A DNA stretch of 27,812 nt from a virus (Duplodnaviria; Caudoviricetes). The stretch lies in IMG/VR virus record IMGVR_UViG_3300026138_000020, positions 1 to 27,812 of that record; one strand, given 5' to 3'. The number at the start of each line of letters is the position of its first letter. Within the stretch, counting starts at the first letter, position 1. Below, one piece after another: positions 7,924-16,444 of this stretch. The notes beneath the pieces are model-generated. The model was not told the origin of the DNA. It was given only the letters and a program-made list of their open reading frames with translations, and did no database searches. The translations under genes and the position numbers were made by a program.

Positions 7924-10200
7924 TTATTGAATTTGGTAAGTGCCTGAGAAACGTAGGTTACTTGTTGCCGTAAAATTAGCCTCCGTCAGCAGCGTTGAAC
8001 CTGTTGCACCAGTGTCATAAAGGTTGACTTTAACGTTGTTTTTTTGCACGAGGGCAGTAACTGAAGCAGTCAACCCACTCATATTCGACACCAATCCAAT
8101 CGACCACGTTTGCAGATTGTTTGTGGTGTTTCTGGCAGTGAACGGCAACCCCGATATTGCAGCTGTGCCAGTGTCTGAACCCACTGCTGTTAAAGTAACT
8201 AAGCCCGTCACATATACAATATTACCAATCCTCGTATAGTAACCCTCCTGTGCGCCGTAAGTAATTCCAGTAGAACCATTTCCAAAACTTATAGTAGGAG
8301 TCCAAGTTCCAGTTTTATATACAGGAAACTCGCGCCCTACTAAGCTTGGTAAATTGGCTGATGTGCCTACAAAAGCGTTGTCACTTATGTCGTATATCTT
8401 GCCAGTAGAATTGTCATAATTCTCTGCGCGGAAGTCTGCTAGGGTTCCGATTTCGGTGACGGTTAAGTCTGCTAGATACAGAATATCATCGCTTCCAGCA
8501 TCTGCGAAAGTAGAGGCAGCTCCGTCGAGCATAGCAACCACCATGCTGTTTCCGTTAGAGACAAACTCAAACTCTAAAGGCACCCATGTGTCAGGCGTTA
8601 TAGATTGTTCTTGTTGGACACTCCCACTGCTTTGGTAAACCCGAAACCCATCCGCATTTGAGTTTGACGACGGAGTGTAACCAAAACACTTTAGACGTAG
8701 CCGTTTCCCAGCCGTTCCCGCCGCACCAAGAAATGTGGCATAATGCAACACACTAGATGCCGTGTTAACGGTCAGCTTGAGGATGTTGGACTTACCGCCA
8801 ATTGGACCAGCTTCATCTGCGTCAGTTAGATTAACACCAGCAAACTCCCCACTTGGTGTTGAGTCTTGTGTGAACACCCCACCTAATGCCCCAGCCCACT
8901 GATCTGCTACACCCAGCTGCCCCGCGCGAAACAGCGTTTCAATTTCTGTTGCTGAAAGCTCGCGGTTGTGGATGGTGACCTGTTTTATTGCGCCGTCCGA
9001 GTATACACTCCCAAATCTCCCAAGATAGACAGGCTGAGTGGTGTTCGACATACCTGCATAGGTGCCTGTCTCTAATTTGCTAGACGGCACTAAAGCCCCG
9101 TTGACATATAAAGTAGCGTCCGCGGCCGAAAACGCTACATCCGAATTCGGTCCAGCACCAGCATAAGTCGCTGCAACATGTATCCACTGACCTTCATAAG
9201 ACGTTAAAGCGGTGTCACTTAAAACACTAACATTGTTGCCGCTACTCGTGTTCAAGAAAAAACGCAGGTTATCGGTGTTATTAACAGCGAAAAACCATTC
9301 GCTCACAGAGCCTGACGCGTATTTTGACGCTATCGTAAAGTTCGTCGCGTCCGTCATATTTATCCAGCCACTTATAGTGAAAGGCAAATCGTTGCAGTCC
9401 TTCACTCTCCACACTGACCCGTCATAATAAACAACCTGCCCCGCTGTTACAGACGAACCATTGATAATGCTGAGAGTTGATCCACCCTGCACCACTGTGC
9501 CGTCAGCATCAATTTTGTAGTGGTCGTTCAGAGTCCCTGTCCCGTCCGTTAATGCTGGAGTATTATCCTCTGGTGACCAAGTGCCTGCTGTAGTTTTTCC
9601 AAACTCTGTCAGGGTAGAAAATGTTAGCTTATCATCGTCAGCCACCGTCAAGTATGAGGAACTCCCGTTGAAATACATCGACGGTGCCGTGGTCTTCAGT
9701 GCATTGGATTCCGCGATCTCGTCGCTGGAGTCAACCTCCAAGGTAGTGCGACCATCGGCTGCTGTTGCTGATCCGTCTAAGACATTGGCAACTGAGTCGA
9801 TTTTGTACCAAGTCGCACCGTCATATTTTACAACGTCACCTACGGTGTAGGCGATGGACCCTGACCCCAGATCTTGGGACCCTGCAACGGTCACATCATA
9901 ATAGTCACCAGCGGTGCCTGCTCCATCAGCAAGTGCAGGTGAGTTGCTGCTGGCATTCCACTCCCCTTTTGGCGTGTCACCGGAGGTGGGCAGGTAAGTG
10001 GCGTCGATTTTGTTGACCCCATTGAGCGGGGCTAATTTGTACGTAGAAGGAGCCGCTACGTAAGCGTCTGCGGTGTCTTGACGAAAGTTATCACGGGTGA
10101 TTTTCTGGGTCCCGTTAGAAGATCCGTCTATAACTATGTTTGCGTCACTCGCGACAGTTGTTGCTGTTTTTGAGAGGTCTTTAATTCTTGTGGTGGCCAT
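7924..10200 (-). CDS. Large fibre / receptor-binding protein with LamG (ConA-like) domain
   Basis: 758 aa; LamG motifs SMYFNGSSSY, FTISGWIN, WIHVAATY, LYVNG, IHNRELSATEI; C-terminal fibre tip GTWTPT..GYYTRIGNIVYV..ISGLPFT. Confidence 0.8.
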   Translation of the reverse strand: MATTRIKDLSKTATTVASDANIVIDGSSNGTQKITRDNFRQDTADAYVAAPSTYKLAPLNGVNKIDATYLPTSGDTPKGEWNASSNSPALADGAGTAGDYYDVTVAGSQDLGSGSIAYTVGDVVKYDGATWYKIDSVANVLDGSATAADGRTTLEVDSSDEIAESNALKTTAPSMYFNGSSSYLTVADDDKLTFSTLTEFGKTTAGTWSPEDNTPALTDGTGTLNDHYKIDADGTVVQGGSTLSIINGSSVTAGQVVYYDGSVWRVKDCNDLPFTISGWINMTDATNFTIASKYASGSVSEWFFAVNNTDNLRFFLNTSSGNNVSVLSDTALTSYEGQWIHVAATYAGAGPNSDVAFSAADATLYVNGALVPSSKLETGTYAGMSNTTQPVYLGRFGSVYSDGAIKQVTIHNRELSATEIETLFRAGQLGVADQWAGALGGVFTQDSTPSGEFAGVNLTDADEAGPIGGKSNILKLTVNTASSVLHYATFLGAAGTAGKRLRLKCFGYTPSSNSNADGFRVYQSSGSVQQEQSITPDTWVPLEFEFVSNGNSMVVAMLDGAASTFADAGSDDILYLADLTVTEIGTLADFRAENYDNSTGKIYDISDNAFVGTSANLPSLVGREFPVYKTGTWTPTISFGNGSTGITYGAQEGYYTRIGNIVYVTGLVTLTAVGSDTGTAAISGLPFTARNTTNNLQTWSIGLVSNMSGLTASVTALVQKNNVKVNLYDTGATGSTLLTEANFTATSNLRFSGTYQIQ

Positions 10201-10202
10201 AT

Positions 10203-10361
10203 TTATTCAGGGTCAGGGGCTTCAAGCTGAAGCGTTAAAATGTATTCATTATCGTCTGTGAACAGGAAGCGGCCGCTGTCATCGACAAGCAGTGTCGCTT
10301 CGGTGACATTGTCTCCGCCTGCGCTGACAACTGTTGGTAAACCTATACCGAATCCGATCAT
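10203..10361 (-). CDS. Small virion-associated protein
   Basis: Probable start MIGFGIGL at 10361 (TAATG overlap); 52 aa; LLVDDSGRFLFTDDNEYI. Confidence 0.55.
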   Translation of the reverse strand: MIGFGIGLPTVVSAGGDNVTEATLLVDDSGRFLFTDDNEYILTLQLEAPDPE

Positions 10362-10657
10362 TATACATCGTATGCTGTGATTTCTCCAGTTGTCACTGTG
10401 ATCGACGTTGCCCTGCAGCAACGCCAGTAGGACCCGGCCTGCATGTTCACGTTCGTGATTGTGCCTAGCCCTCCCGAAGTGACACTCCCAAGGACTGTCG
10501 CTGCGTGAGCGTAGATCCAGCTAAAGTTTCCAGCAATGGTTCCCGCTCCGTTTTGGTATGTTCCGCTGTCAGACCCTAAGGTCCCGTCTTCACCTACACG
10601 CACCGTGCGGTATTCATTGTTCTGGTCTACGCCAGTGATTAAGGATGCTCCTGCCAT
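10361..10657 (-). CDS. Small structural protein
   Basis: 98 aa, G/T-rich beta-type, between adaptor and fibre. Confidence 0.65.
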   Translation of the reverse strand: MAGASLITGVDQNNEYRTVRVGEDGTLGSDSGTYQNGAGTIAGNFSWIYAHAATVLGSVTSGGLGTITNVNMQAGSYWRCCRATSITVTTGEITAYDV

Positions 10658-10659
10658 AA

Positions 10660-11388
10660 TTAATATCCTGCTACCTGTATTCGGGTTGTTTGTCCCTGCT
10701 GTGTGTGAAGCTTTAAGAGCTCGTGATCTAAAACGTCTCTAGCATCTGCCTCTGCTACTCTGGCTCGGTCAAGCTCACCGTTGTGCCTGAGATAATCCGA
10801 GTAAGAGCCTCGCACTAAATAGTCGAAGAAGATTACCGGGATCGAAACTAGATCCCAGTAGCTCGGCTGATCTGTTGGGCTGTTGCTGCCAGCAGCCACT
10901 GGCTGGTTGGCGGTATAAAATTGTCCCTGAGTGTTGTCGTAAACCTGATCACCAACTGCATACGAACTGGAGCCGCTATACAGGTTCCCTGTCAGGGCTG
11001 GTGGTGATTTACGAAACCAGATCCACACTGTAGCGTTTGACTCTGCGATCTGGATTCCGTTCTCACTGAGGTACCATGTCAGGTCGTCCTGATTCTGGTT
11101 CGATTTCGGTGATTTGTTCCAGACAGAGAAAACTTCTCCTATTTCAGTCTGCCCTGATTGTTTGAGGTCAATGTAGTTTCCCTCATCGTCTCCTGTCTGG
11201 GTGACCGTTCTGGACTCTGTTACTGTGACCTCTGGCCACTTGGCCGCCTGCCACGCAAACTTGATCCGCCTGCTTGTGAAGTCTCTGAAAAGGTTCCACT
11301 CCAGCGTTGGCAGAGTGGCCCTGTCTATCCCAGCCAGATTCAATATCTGACTGAGCACTTGATTATAATTGAGCGGATCACGAGCCAT
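10660..11388 (-). CDS. Head-tail adaptor / tail tubular protein A-like
   Basis: 242 aa, two genes after the capsid gene; AWQAAKWP; includes a small YAVGDQVYD...YTA...P...YW (ChiC/CBM5-12-like) insert. Confidence 0.6.
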   Translation of the reverse strand: MARDPLNYNQVLSQILNLAGIDRATLPTLEWNLFRDFTSRRIKFAWQAAKWPEVTVTESRTVTQTGDDEGNYIDLKQSGQTEIGEVFSVWNKSPKSNQNQDDLTWYLSENGIQIAESNATVWIWFRKSPPALTGNLYSGSSSYAVGDQVYDNTQGQFYTANQPVAAGSNSPTDQPSYWDLVSIPVIFFDYLVRGSYSDYLRHNGELDRARVAEADARDVLDHELLKLHTQQGQTTRIQVAGY

Positions 11389-11689
11389 AGCCGACTTGTA
11401 TTTTTCCAGTGCCGCCGCTTTTGACTTTTAAGTCAGGGTTTTTGTCAGCAATGTATTTTCGGAAGCTGGGATCTTTCCAGATCTCCTTCCCTTCCTTCCT
11501 GACCCACTCCTGATAGACCTTATTGTCTACCTCCATGGTGGCTCGACCAATTCCGTCAACGCTTCTGCGAGACTGGTTGTCTCTGGCGAGTTCGCGCTGA
11601 CGTTGTTCTGCTCTAGCCAAAATCTCCTCGCGGGAGCTATTGTATTTGTTCGCTAGAGCCTCCTTCACTGCCTCGGTGTAGTCTGACAT
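11378..11689 (-). CDS. Hypothetical protein following major capsid
   Basis: 103 aa; tight packing; W.DP.F.KY...NP motif. Confidence 0.7.
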   Translation of the reverse strand: MSDYTEAVKEALANKYNSSREEILARAEQRQRELARDNQSRRSVDGIGRATMEVDNKVYQEWVRKEGKEIWKDPSFRKYIADKNPDLKVKSGGTGKIQVGYGS

Positions 11690-11715
11690 ATATATTTAAA
11701 GTTTTACCCGGGGTG

Positions 11716-11776
11716 GAGTGGGCCACAGAGTGACCCACTCGGTCCCGAGGTGCGAATTGCTGGGGTCGACCAGCAA
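11716..11776 (-). promoter_or_regulatory. Two stem-loops downstream of the capsid gene
   Basis: TTGCTGG-N6-CCAGCAA (11757-11776) and an 11-bp stem GAGTGGGTCAC-TCT-GTGGCCCACTC with one G-U pair (11716-11740); no U-tract on the coding strand. Confidence 0.6.
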
Positions 11777-11792
11777 AGTGTTAGGTGATCGA

Positions 11793-12791
11793 TTAAGGAT
11801 TGAACTGAGCCAATCCGATTGGGTTGCGGACCTGAAGAGCTGCGCGAGCTTCGATCAAGAACCGCTCACCACCACCACGATCTTCAAATTTCTCGACGGC
11901 TGGGTTCTTGTTGATCCGCAAGTCGATTTTGTCCATGTCCAACAGGTAACCACGACCAACGTCCTGAGCGGTCCCTGCAGCATTGTAGCCGATGAAATTA
12001 TCAGCGATGACCTCTACAGTTCCGAAGTCTCCCTCGAAGATAGTGGTGCTGTTGCTGACCTTCTTCGCGTCACCAGAAAAATCGAAATTGCGGGAGCTGT
12101 ATCCAGCAGTTGCGATGGTTCGCGTGAAATCGGTGAATGCTCGCCGCAGGGTAGCGTCACAGAGCAGTTTGTAGTCACCCATCATCCCTGTTGATGACCA
12201 GATGGTCTGCAGGAGGGACTGGATACTGGTCTCGGTCAGAGACGAAGTAGCTGTGGTGATATACTGACCTGCCGCAGGGCGATAGGCAGCAGGAACCTGA
12301 TGAGACGTTTGAACTGAAATGTTGGCGGTATTACGAATCCACACGCCAAGGCCGCGCAGCAGGTATGGGTCACTGCCATCATCGGCCTGATGCTCTTGAT
12401 CGGACAAACATGTTGCTTCCATGTCGCGAAGAAGTTCAACGCCTTTCTTGGCGATTGCTTCGGCGATTTCATCGGACACACCTGCCACGTCTGACACCTC
12501 TTGTGCGAGGCGGGAGACCTGTGCGGTGCGGCGGAATGTCTGCAGATAAGAGCTCAACAGGGCTCGGTTCGCAGCATGGTTCTCGTAACTTGAGACATCG
12601 GAGCCGTCAACAGTTCCGCCCAGCGATGGGGCGTCATATATGTCAACTGGCCACTCGATGTATGTGTTCCGGGGAGTAGCCCCTTTATTGACCAAAGTCA
12701 TGAAGGGCGTTGCCTTCTCATCGACTCGTGTGAGCAGATCAAGCAAGTCTTCGCGCTTGCCAATCTGATTGATTTCAAATAATCCTGCCAT
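11793..12791 (-). CDS. Major capsid protein (DUF5309 / SU10-like, HK97 fold)
   Basis: 332 aa; GKREDLLD..TPF..EW..D, YLQTFRR..VS, KKGVELLRDME, FEGDFGTVEV; follows the scaffold gene. Confidence 0.85.
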   Translation of the reverse strand: MAGLFEINQIGKREDLLDLLTRVDEKATPFMTLVNKGATPRNTYIEWPVDIYDAPSLGGTVDGSDVSSYENHAANRALLSSYLQTFRRTAQVSRLAQEVSDVAGVSDEIAEAIAKKGVELLRDMEATCLSDQEHQADDGSDPYLLRGLGVWIRNTANISVQTSHQVPAAYRPAAGQYITTATSSLTETSIQSLLQTIWSSTGMMGDYKLLCDATLRRAFTDFTRTIATAGYSSRNFDFSGDAKKVSNSTTIFEGDFGTVEVIADNFIGYNAAGTAQDVGRGYLLDMDKIDLRINKNPAVEKFEDRGGGERFLIEARAALQVRNPIGLAQFNP

Positions 12792-12804
12792 ATCAGTTTT
12801 TTCG

Positions 12805-13776
12805 TTAGTTTATCATCGCAGCTTTAATAAAATCCTTTAGTCCACTTCTTGATCCGGTTTTGAAGACATCCGATTTAGCCTTTTCAATTCGTCTCGCAGA
12901 GTCCGATAATTCGGTCTTCTGAGACGATGGGGCTCCGGGCTGACGTGTGGGTTCAGGGGTTCTCGGTTTGGTCGCTGGCTTTTTCTGAGCCTGCTCTTGT
13001 TCGATGTAAAAACCGACTAGAGCTCTGGCCAAATAGAGATCGACATCTGGGAGGTTTCTGATCCCGGGATTCGATTCTTTAACCTGTTCCACCCACGCTC
13101 GAGCTGGACTTTCTTCATCCCTCAGCCAAGGATATTTTGTTGCTGCAAACTCGAAGCTGCGTGCGTTCTGTTGAATCTGTTTTCTCCGTTTCGGAATGTC
13201 AGACTCACGTGAGAACTCAGCATTAAGGGCTAAATCCTCCAGCCAAGCCTCAGGATCTTCGGGGGTGGAATCGATTCGTTTTTCGATCTCCCTCTCGACC
13301 TGATCAGGATCTCTCCTGTATCTGGCTAGTGCTCGTTTGGCCCACCTCTCAGCCGAGAGGGCTTCGTCCTCCAGTCGGTCAAGGTCATCTTCACTTCTGG
13401 CCTGCATGACCAGATCGGAGATGTTCGACTCACTGTCAGTTTGCTGCAGTTTTTTCGATTCCAGTTGTAGCGTTTTCTGGCTCTCTTCTAATGCCAGTAG
13501 CCGCTCCTCCAGCTCCTTCTTTTGAGCTGTCAGACGGTTAATACGCTTCTGATACCCATTGTGCTCAGATTCCGTCTCCTCCTGACTTTCCTCAACTTCT
13601 GGCTGCGCTTCAGGCTGAGTTTCGTCAGGAACTTGTGGTTCCTCTGTCTCAGGCAGCGTCTCGGTCTGGGGGCTCAAGCTGTCTTTGAGCGCATTACGGA
13701 GCGCGTCCATGCCGCCAACTACAATTTCTTCCTCCGAGGGCTGGCTGGCCTCGGCTGTTTCGGTTTGTTCTGACAT
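12805..13776 (-). CDS. Capsid scaffolding protein
   Basis: 323 aa; acidic disordered N-terminus, coiled coil QKRINRLTAQKKELEE; directly upstream of the capsid gene. Confidence 0.75.
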   Translation of the reverse strand: MSEQTETAEASQPSEEEIVVGGMDALRNALKDSLSPQTETLPETEEPQVPDETQPEAQPEVEESQEETESEHNGYQKRINRLTAQKKELEERLLALEESQKTLQLESKKLQQTDSESNISDLVMQARSEDDLDRLEDEALSAERWAKRALARYRRDPDQVEREIEKRIDSTPEDPEAWLEDLALNAEFSRESDIPKRRKQIQQNARSFEFAATKYPWLRDEESPARAWVEQVKESNPGIRNLPDVDLYLARALVGFYIEQEQAQKKPATKPRTPEPTRQPGAPSSQKTELSDSARRIEKAKSDVFKTGSRSGLKDFIKAAMIN

Positions 13777-13860
13777 GCTGTTTTACGGCTGCAGGTGGCC
13801 GGACAGAGCGTTTTTCGTTCGCTCAGACAACGGTTTTTGTTGGCCTCGGGAGCCTGTCGA

Positions 13861-13890
13861 AAGTTAGACTTACCTAACATTGTTTGTCAA
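13861..13890 (-). promoter_or_regulatory. Sigma70-like promoter for the scaffold-capsid operon
   Basis: Minus strand TTGACA-N18-TAACTT. Confidence 0.6.
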
Positions 13891-13906
13891 GCCTGCCTAG
13901 TAAGCA

Positions 13907-13981
13907 AAAATAATTGAAAATAATTGTTGAAATGATACGCATGAGAGCGTATATGTTTTGGTGTCGGGCGGGAAACCGCCC
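13907..13981 (+). promoter_or_regulatory. Rightward promoter with operator-like palindrome and GNRA hairpin
   Basis: AT-rich UP-like repeat (AAAATAATTG twice); TTGAAA-N17-TATATG (13927-13955, imperfect -10); ATACGC-N6-GCGTAT (13935-13952); GGGCGG-GAAA-CCGCCC (13966-13981). Confidence 0.6.
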
Positions 13982-14020
13982 CACAAATTAGAAATCAAAC
14001 TAAATTAGAAAGAAGCGTAT

Positions 14021-14797
14021 ATGATTAATTCCGAGGTCATTACAATCACTCCAGAACAAGCCAAGCTTTTTCTGGCACACAACACCGAGAATCGCAGGTT
14101 AAGCAAGAGCCGTGTTAAAAAATATGTAAGAGACATACAGGCTGATCTCTGGAAACTGAATGGCGAAAGCATTAAAATGTCAGATCGAGGCGTTATTCTG
14201 GACGGCCAACATCGATTGGAAGCTATTGTTCTGGGTAACAAACCAGTCGAGACTGTGTTTATCTCCGGTATCCCGCACGATCATGGCGTGTTTGAAACAA
14301 TTGATGCAGGTGCCCCGAGAAGTGCGTCGGACGCAATGAGGTTGGATGGCATGAAGTATACTACACTGATTCCTGCGATAGTCCGAGCTGTCGCCGATTA
14401 TGACTCAGGAAGGTCTTGGGATCGATCAATGAGTCATGTTGAGGTCAAATCAATCATTGACAGTGATTACGAGAATCTTGCCAATGCAGCAAAGGCGGCG
14501 GAGGAAATGAAGCATGTGGTTCTCCCGAGCGTGTGGGGTGCGTTCTTCTATATGGCTTCGAGAAGGTGGCCAGAATCGACTATTAACTTCCACAAACAAG
14601 CCAGTCAGATGGTCAGCATCTGCTCGGGATCGCCAGTGCTCGCACTCAATAAGGCATTATCGCAGTTACCCGGAAAAACTAGAACTGACAAGATTAGTAT
14701 TATCGAGAGATGCATTGTCGCGTTCAATTCGTATCTTCAGGGTCAGCAATTAGCCAAGATCAGATTGAGCAAAAAACGTGCACAGATTTTGAAATGA
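14021..14797 (+). CDS. ParB/Srx-like (DGQHR motif) protein
   Basis: 258 aa; ITPEQAK..L..N..NR.L...V..Y..D...W.LNGESI....ILDGQHRLEAIV. Confidence 0.75.
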   Translation: MINSEVITITPEQAKLFLAHNTENRRLSKSRVKKYVRDIQADLWKLNGESIKMSDRGVILDGQHRLEAIVLGNKPVETVFISGIPHDHGVFETIDAGAPRSASDAMRLDGMKYTTLIPAIVRAVADYDSGRSWDRSMSHVEVKSIIDSDYENLANAAKAAEEMKHVVLPSVWGAFFYMASRRWPESTINFHKQASQMVSICSGSPVLALNKALSQLPGKTRTDKISIIERCIVAFNSYLQGQQLAKIRLSKKRAQILK

Positions 14798-14973
14798 ACA
14801 ATGACATACCAAAAGTCAGCGAAGCCGAAGAAGGCTTTTCTGGCTATATAAACCACGAACAATGGCATCGCGCCTTCCGACTATTTTGGAAGAAGCGAGG
14901 AATCACTGAGTATACATTTAACGGACAGGCTAATAATGAACGAGACACTACAGACACTACTGAAAACCTTTGA
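14794..14973 (+). CDS. Small hypothetical protein
   Basis: Start MNNDIPK at 14794 (ATGA overlap); 59 aa. Confidence 0.5.
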   Translation: MNNDIPKVSEAEEGFSGYINHEQWHRAFRLFWKKRGITEYTFNGQANNERDTTDTTENL

Positions 14974-16084
14974 GGATTTGCTTTCGCTACCGGAGCAAGT
15001 CTCAAAACTGAGGCAATCACATGCGGCGAGCTTGCAGACTTTGCAGGCGCAGGTTGATCAGCTTCAGACCCCGAGAACAGCACCTACGGGTTTGATGCGC
15101 TATCACTATGAACTGGACCCCAAAGATCCTGACGGCAGTTGGGATCGCATCGTGAAGGAAGGCCAAGCGGAGCAGAGGAAAGACTTCTTGGAGGGAGAGG
15201 CATACTGGACGAGCAAGCAGGGGAAATCCCCATCGGGTTACGGGTGGTTTGGGTCTGTGTCCATGCCAGTTATCACGCTTGTGGCGACAGCACCGGAGTA
15301 TAACTTCAGGCGCACAAAACGACTCCCCGGTAGGTTCAGACTGTGGTCACCTACGAGGTGGGGAAGTACCTTGCGGTTCCACTGTGATGAGGGTCCGACT
15401 CTGCGTGACAACTGGACAAACTCTGAGGGGATAGCCTACGGGTTCAAGACCAATGCACCGATTGGGATCTACGTGGAACCTACCACGTATGTGGACGATC
15501 AGTTCCACGTAAGACCTTTTGAGCAGTCTATTGAGAACTGTCTTCTTGTCGCTCACAACGGCACTCTGCCGATATATCTGGCCGACAATCAGGATCGGTT
15601 TTGGATCAGGGACTGCAATATCCAACAGCACCAAGGCGCACAGGTTGGGATCAAGCATGGGCCACCTATCGAGACGAGCAGCCTCCGACAGGCACCCATG
15701 GCCAATGTGTATCTGGCAGATCCGAAGTTCATCGATTTGCAGATGGAGGGCCCACACAACGCACAGCGGCCACAGACTGCGATCTTCGCGGCTGGAAACA
15801 ACATCCACATGCGGGGCTTGAACCTGTATGGCTGGCTACAGGGTCCGTATCTCCATGGAGGCATGAACCGCTACGTGCAGGTGCAGGTCCACAAGTCCAA
15901 TACCCATGATGGAAGACAGCCACTGCCTCTGCACGAGGTGTGCGGGGTGACACTGAACAAATACCTGCCCGGAGAGGTAGCTGATTGTGTGGGTGCGGGT
16001 GTGGCGAAGTATGTCCCGGCTGCGTATGTGGCACCCTCTACCCTCGGAACGCACAGGAAGGGGGAAGGTTTGTATGGAGGCTGA
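14936..16084 (+). CDS. Coiled-coil plus putative right-handed beta-helix protein
   Basis: 382 aa; N-terminal heptads; rung-like motifs SIENCLL, WIRDCNIQ, VGIKH, FIDLQME, AIFAAGNNIHMRGLNLYG. Confidence 0.55.
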   Translation: MNETLQTLLKTFEDLLSLPEQVSKLRQSHAASLQTLQAQVDQLQTPRTAPTGLMRYHYELDPKDPDGSWDRIVKEGQAEQRKDFLEGEAYWTSKQGKSPSGYGWFGSVSMPVITLVATAPEYNFRRTKRLPGRFRLWSPTRWGSTLRFHCDEGPTLRDNWTNSEGIAYGFKTNAPIGIYVEPTTYVDDQFHVRPFEQSIENCLLVAHNGTLPIYLADNQDRFWIRDCNIQQHQGAQVGIKHGPPIETSSLRQAPMANVYLADPKFIDLQMEGPHNAQRPQTAIFAAGNNIHMRGLNLYGWLQGPYLHGGMNRYVQVQVHKSNTHDGRQPLPLHEVCGVTLNKYLPGEVADCVGAGVAKYVPAAYVAPSTLGTHRKGEGLYGG

Positions 16085-16166
16085 GGAGAACTTTTTAAAA
16101 CAGAAATCTGTTTACTCAGGCATCACATTACAAGCTGAGGTTTTACGTGGAGGTCAGAACCAATGA
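16074..16166 (+). CDS. Micro-ORF (30 aa)
   Basis: MEAEENFLKQKSVYSGITLQAEVLRGGQNQ; purine-rich upstream sequence; ATGA-coupled to the next ORF. Confidence 0.35.
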   Translation: MEAEENFLKQKSVYSGITLQAEVLRGGQNQ

Positions 16167-16267
16167 CGGTATCCATCCACATTGAATACACGGGTGTAAA
16201 CGTGTATAAATGGGACCATGAAAACAAAACACTGCTGGAGAATGCGATTGAGGAGGTTGAACAATGA
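16163..16267 (+). CDS. Micro-ORF (34 aa)
   Basis: MTVSIHIEYTGVNVYKWDHENKTLLENAIEEVEQ; GGAGGT upstream; ATGA overlaps at both ends. Confidence 0.45.
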   Translation: MTVSIHIEYTGVNVYKWDHENKTLLENAIEEVEQ

Positions 16268-16443
16268 TATCACACACGTGGCGAGGAAATAATACCGACG
16301 GCAACCAAGACGCACTGGTGCATAAACTGGATGACATCGGCTTAAGTGAGGCGGCAGAATTAATCTGCGACCTAGACGAAAAGCTTACCAAGGCACTTGA
16401 GAAGTTGCAGGTGGCTGAGGATTTGCTTAACGAGAGGGATTAA
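16264..16443 (+). CDS. Small coiled-coil protein (59 aa)
   Basis: MISHTWRGNN...LDEKLTKALEKLQVAEDLLNERD; GAGGAGG upstream. Confidence 0.55.
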   Translation: MISHTWRGNNTDGNQDALVHKLDDIGLSEAAELICDLDEKLTKALEKLQVAEDLLNERD

Positions 16444-16444
16444 C

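Noticed and set aside
1292-10200. Diversity-generating retroelement targeting the fibres (BPP-1-like architecture)
   Set aside because: No reverse transcriptase and no TR/VR repeat pair was seen in the window.
11690-11795. Capsid stop readthrough or frameshift extension
   Set aside because: The TAA is followed by another in-frame TAA four codons later, and no slippery heptamer is visible.
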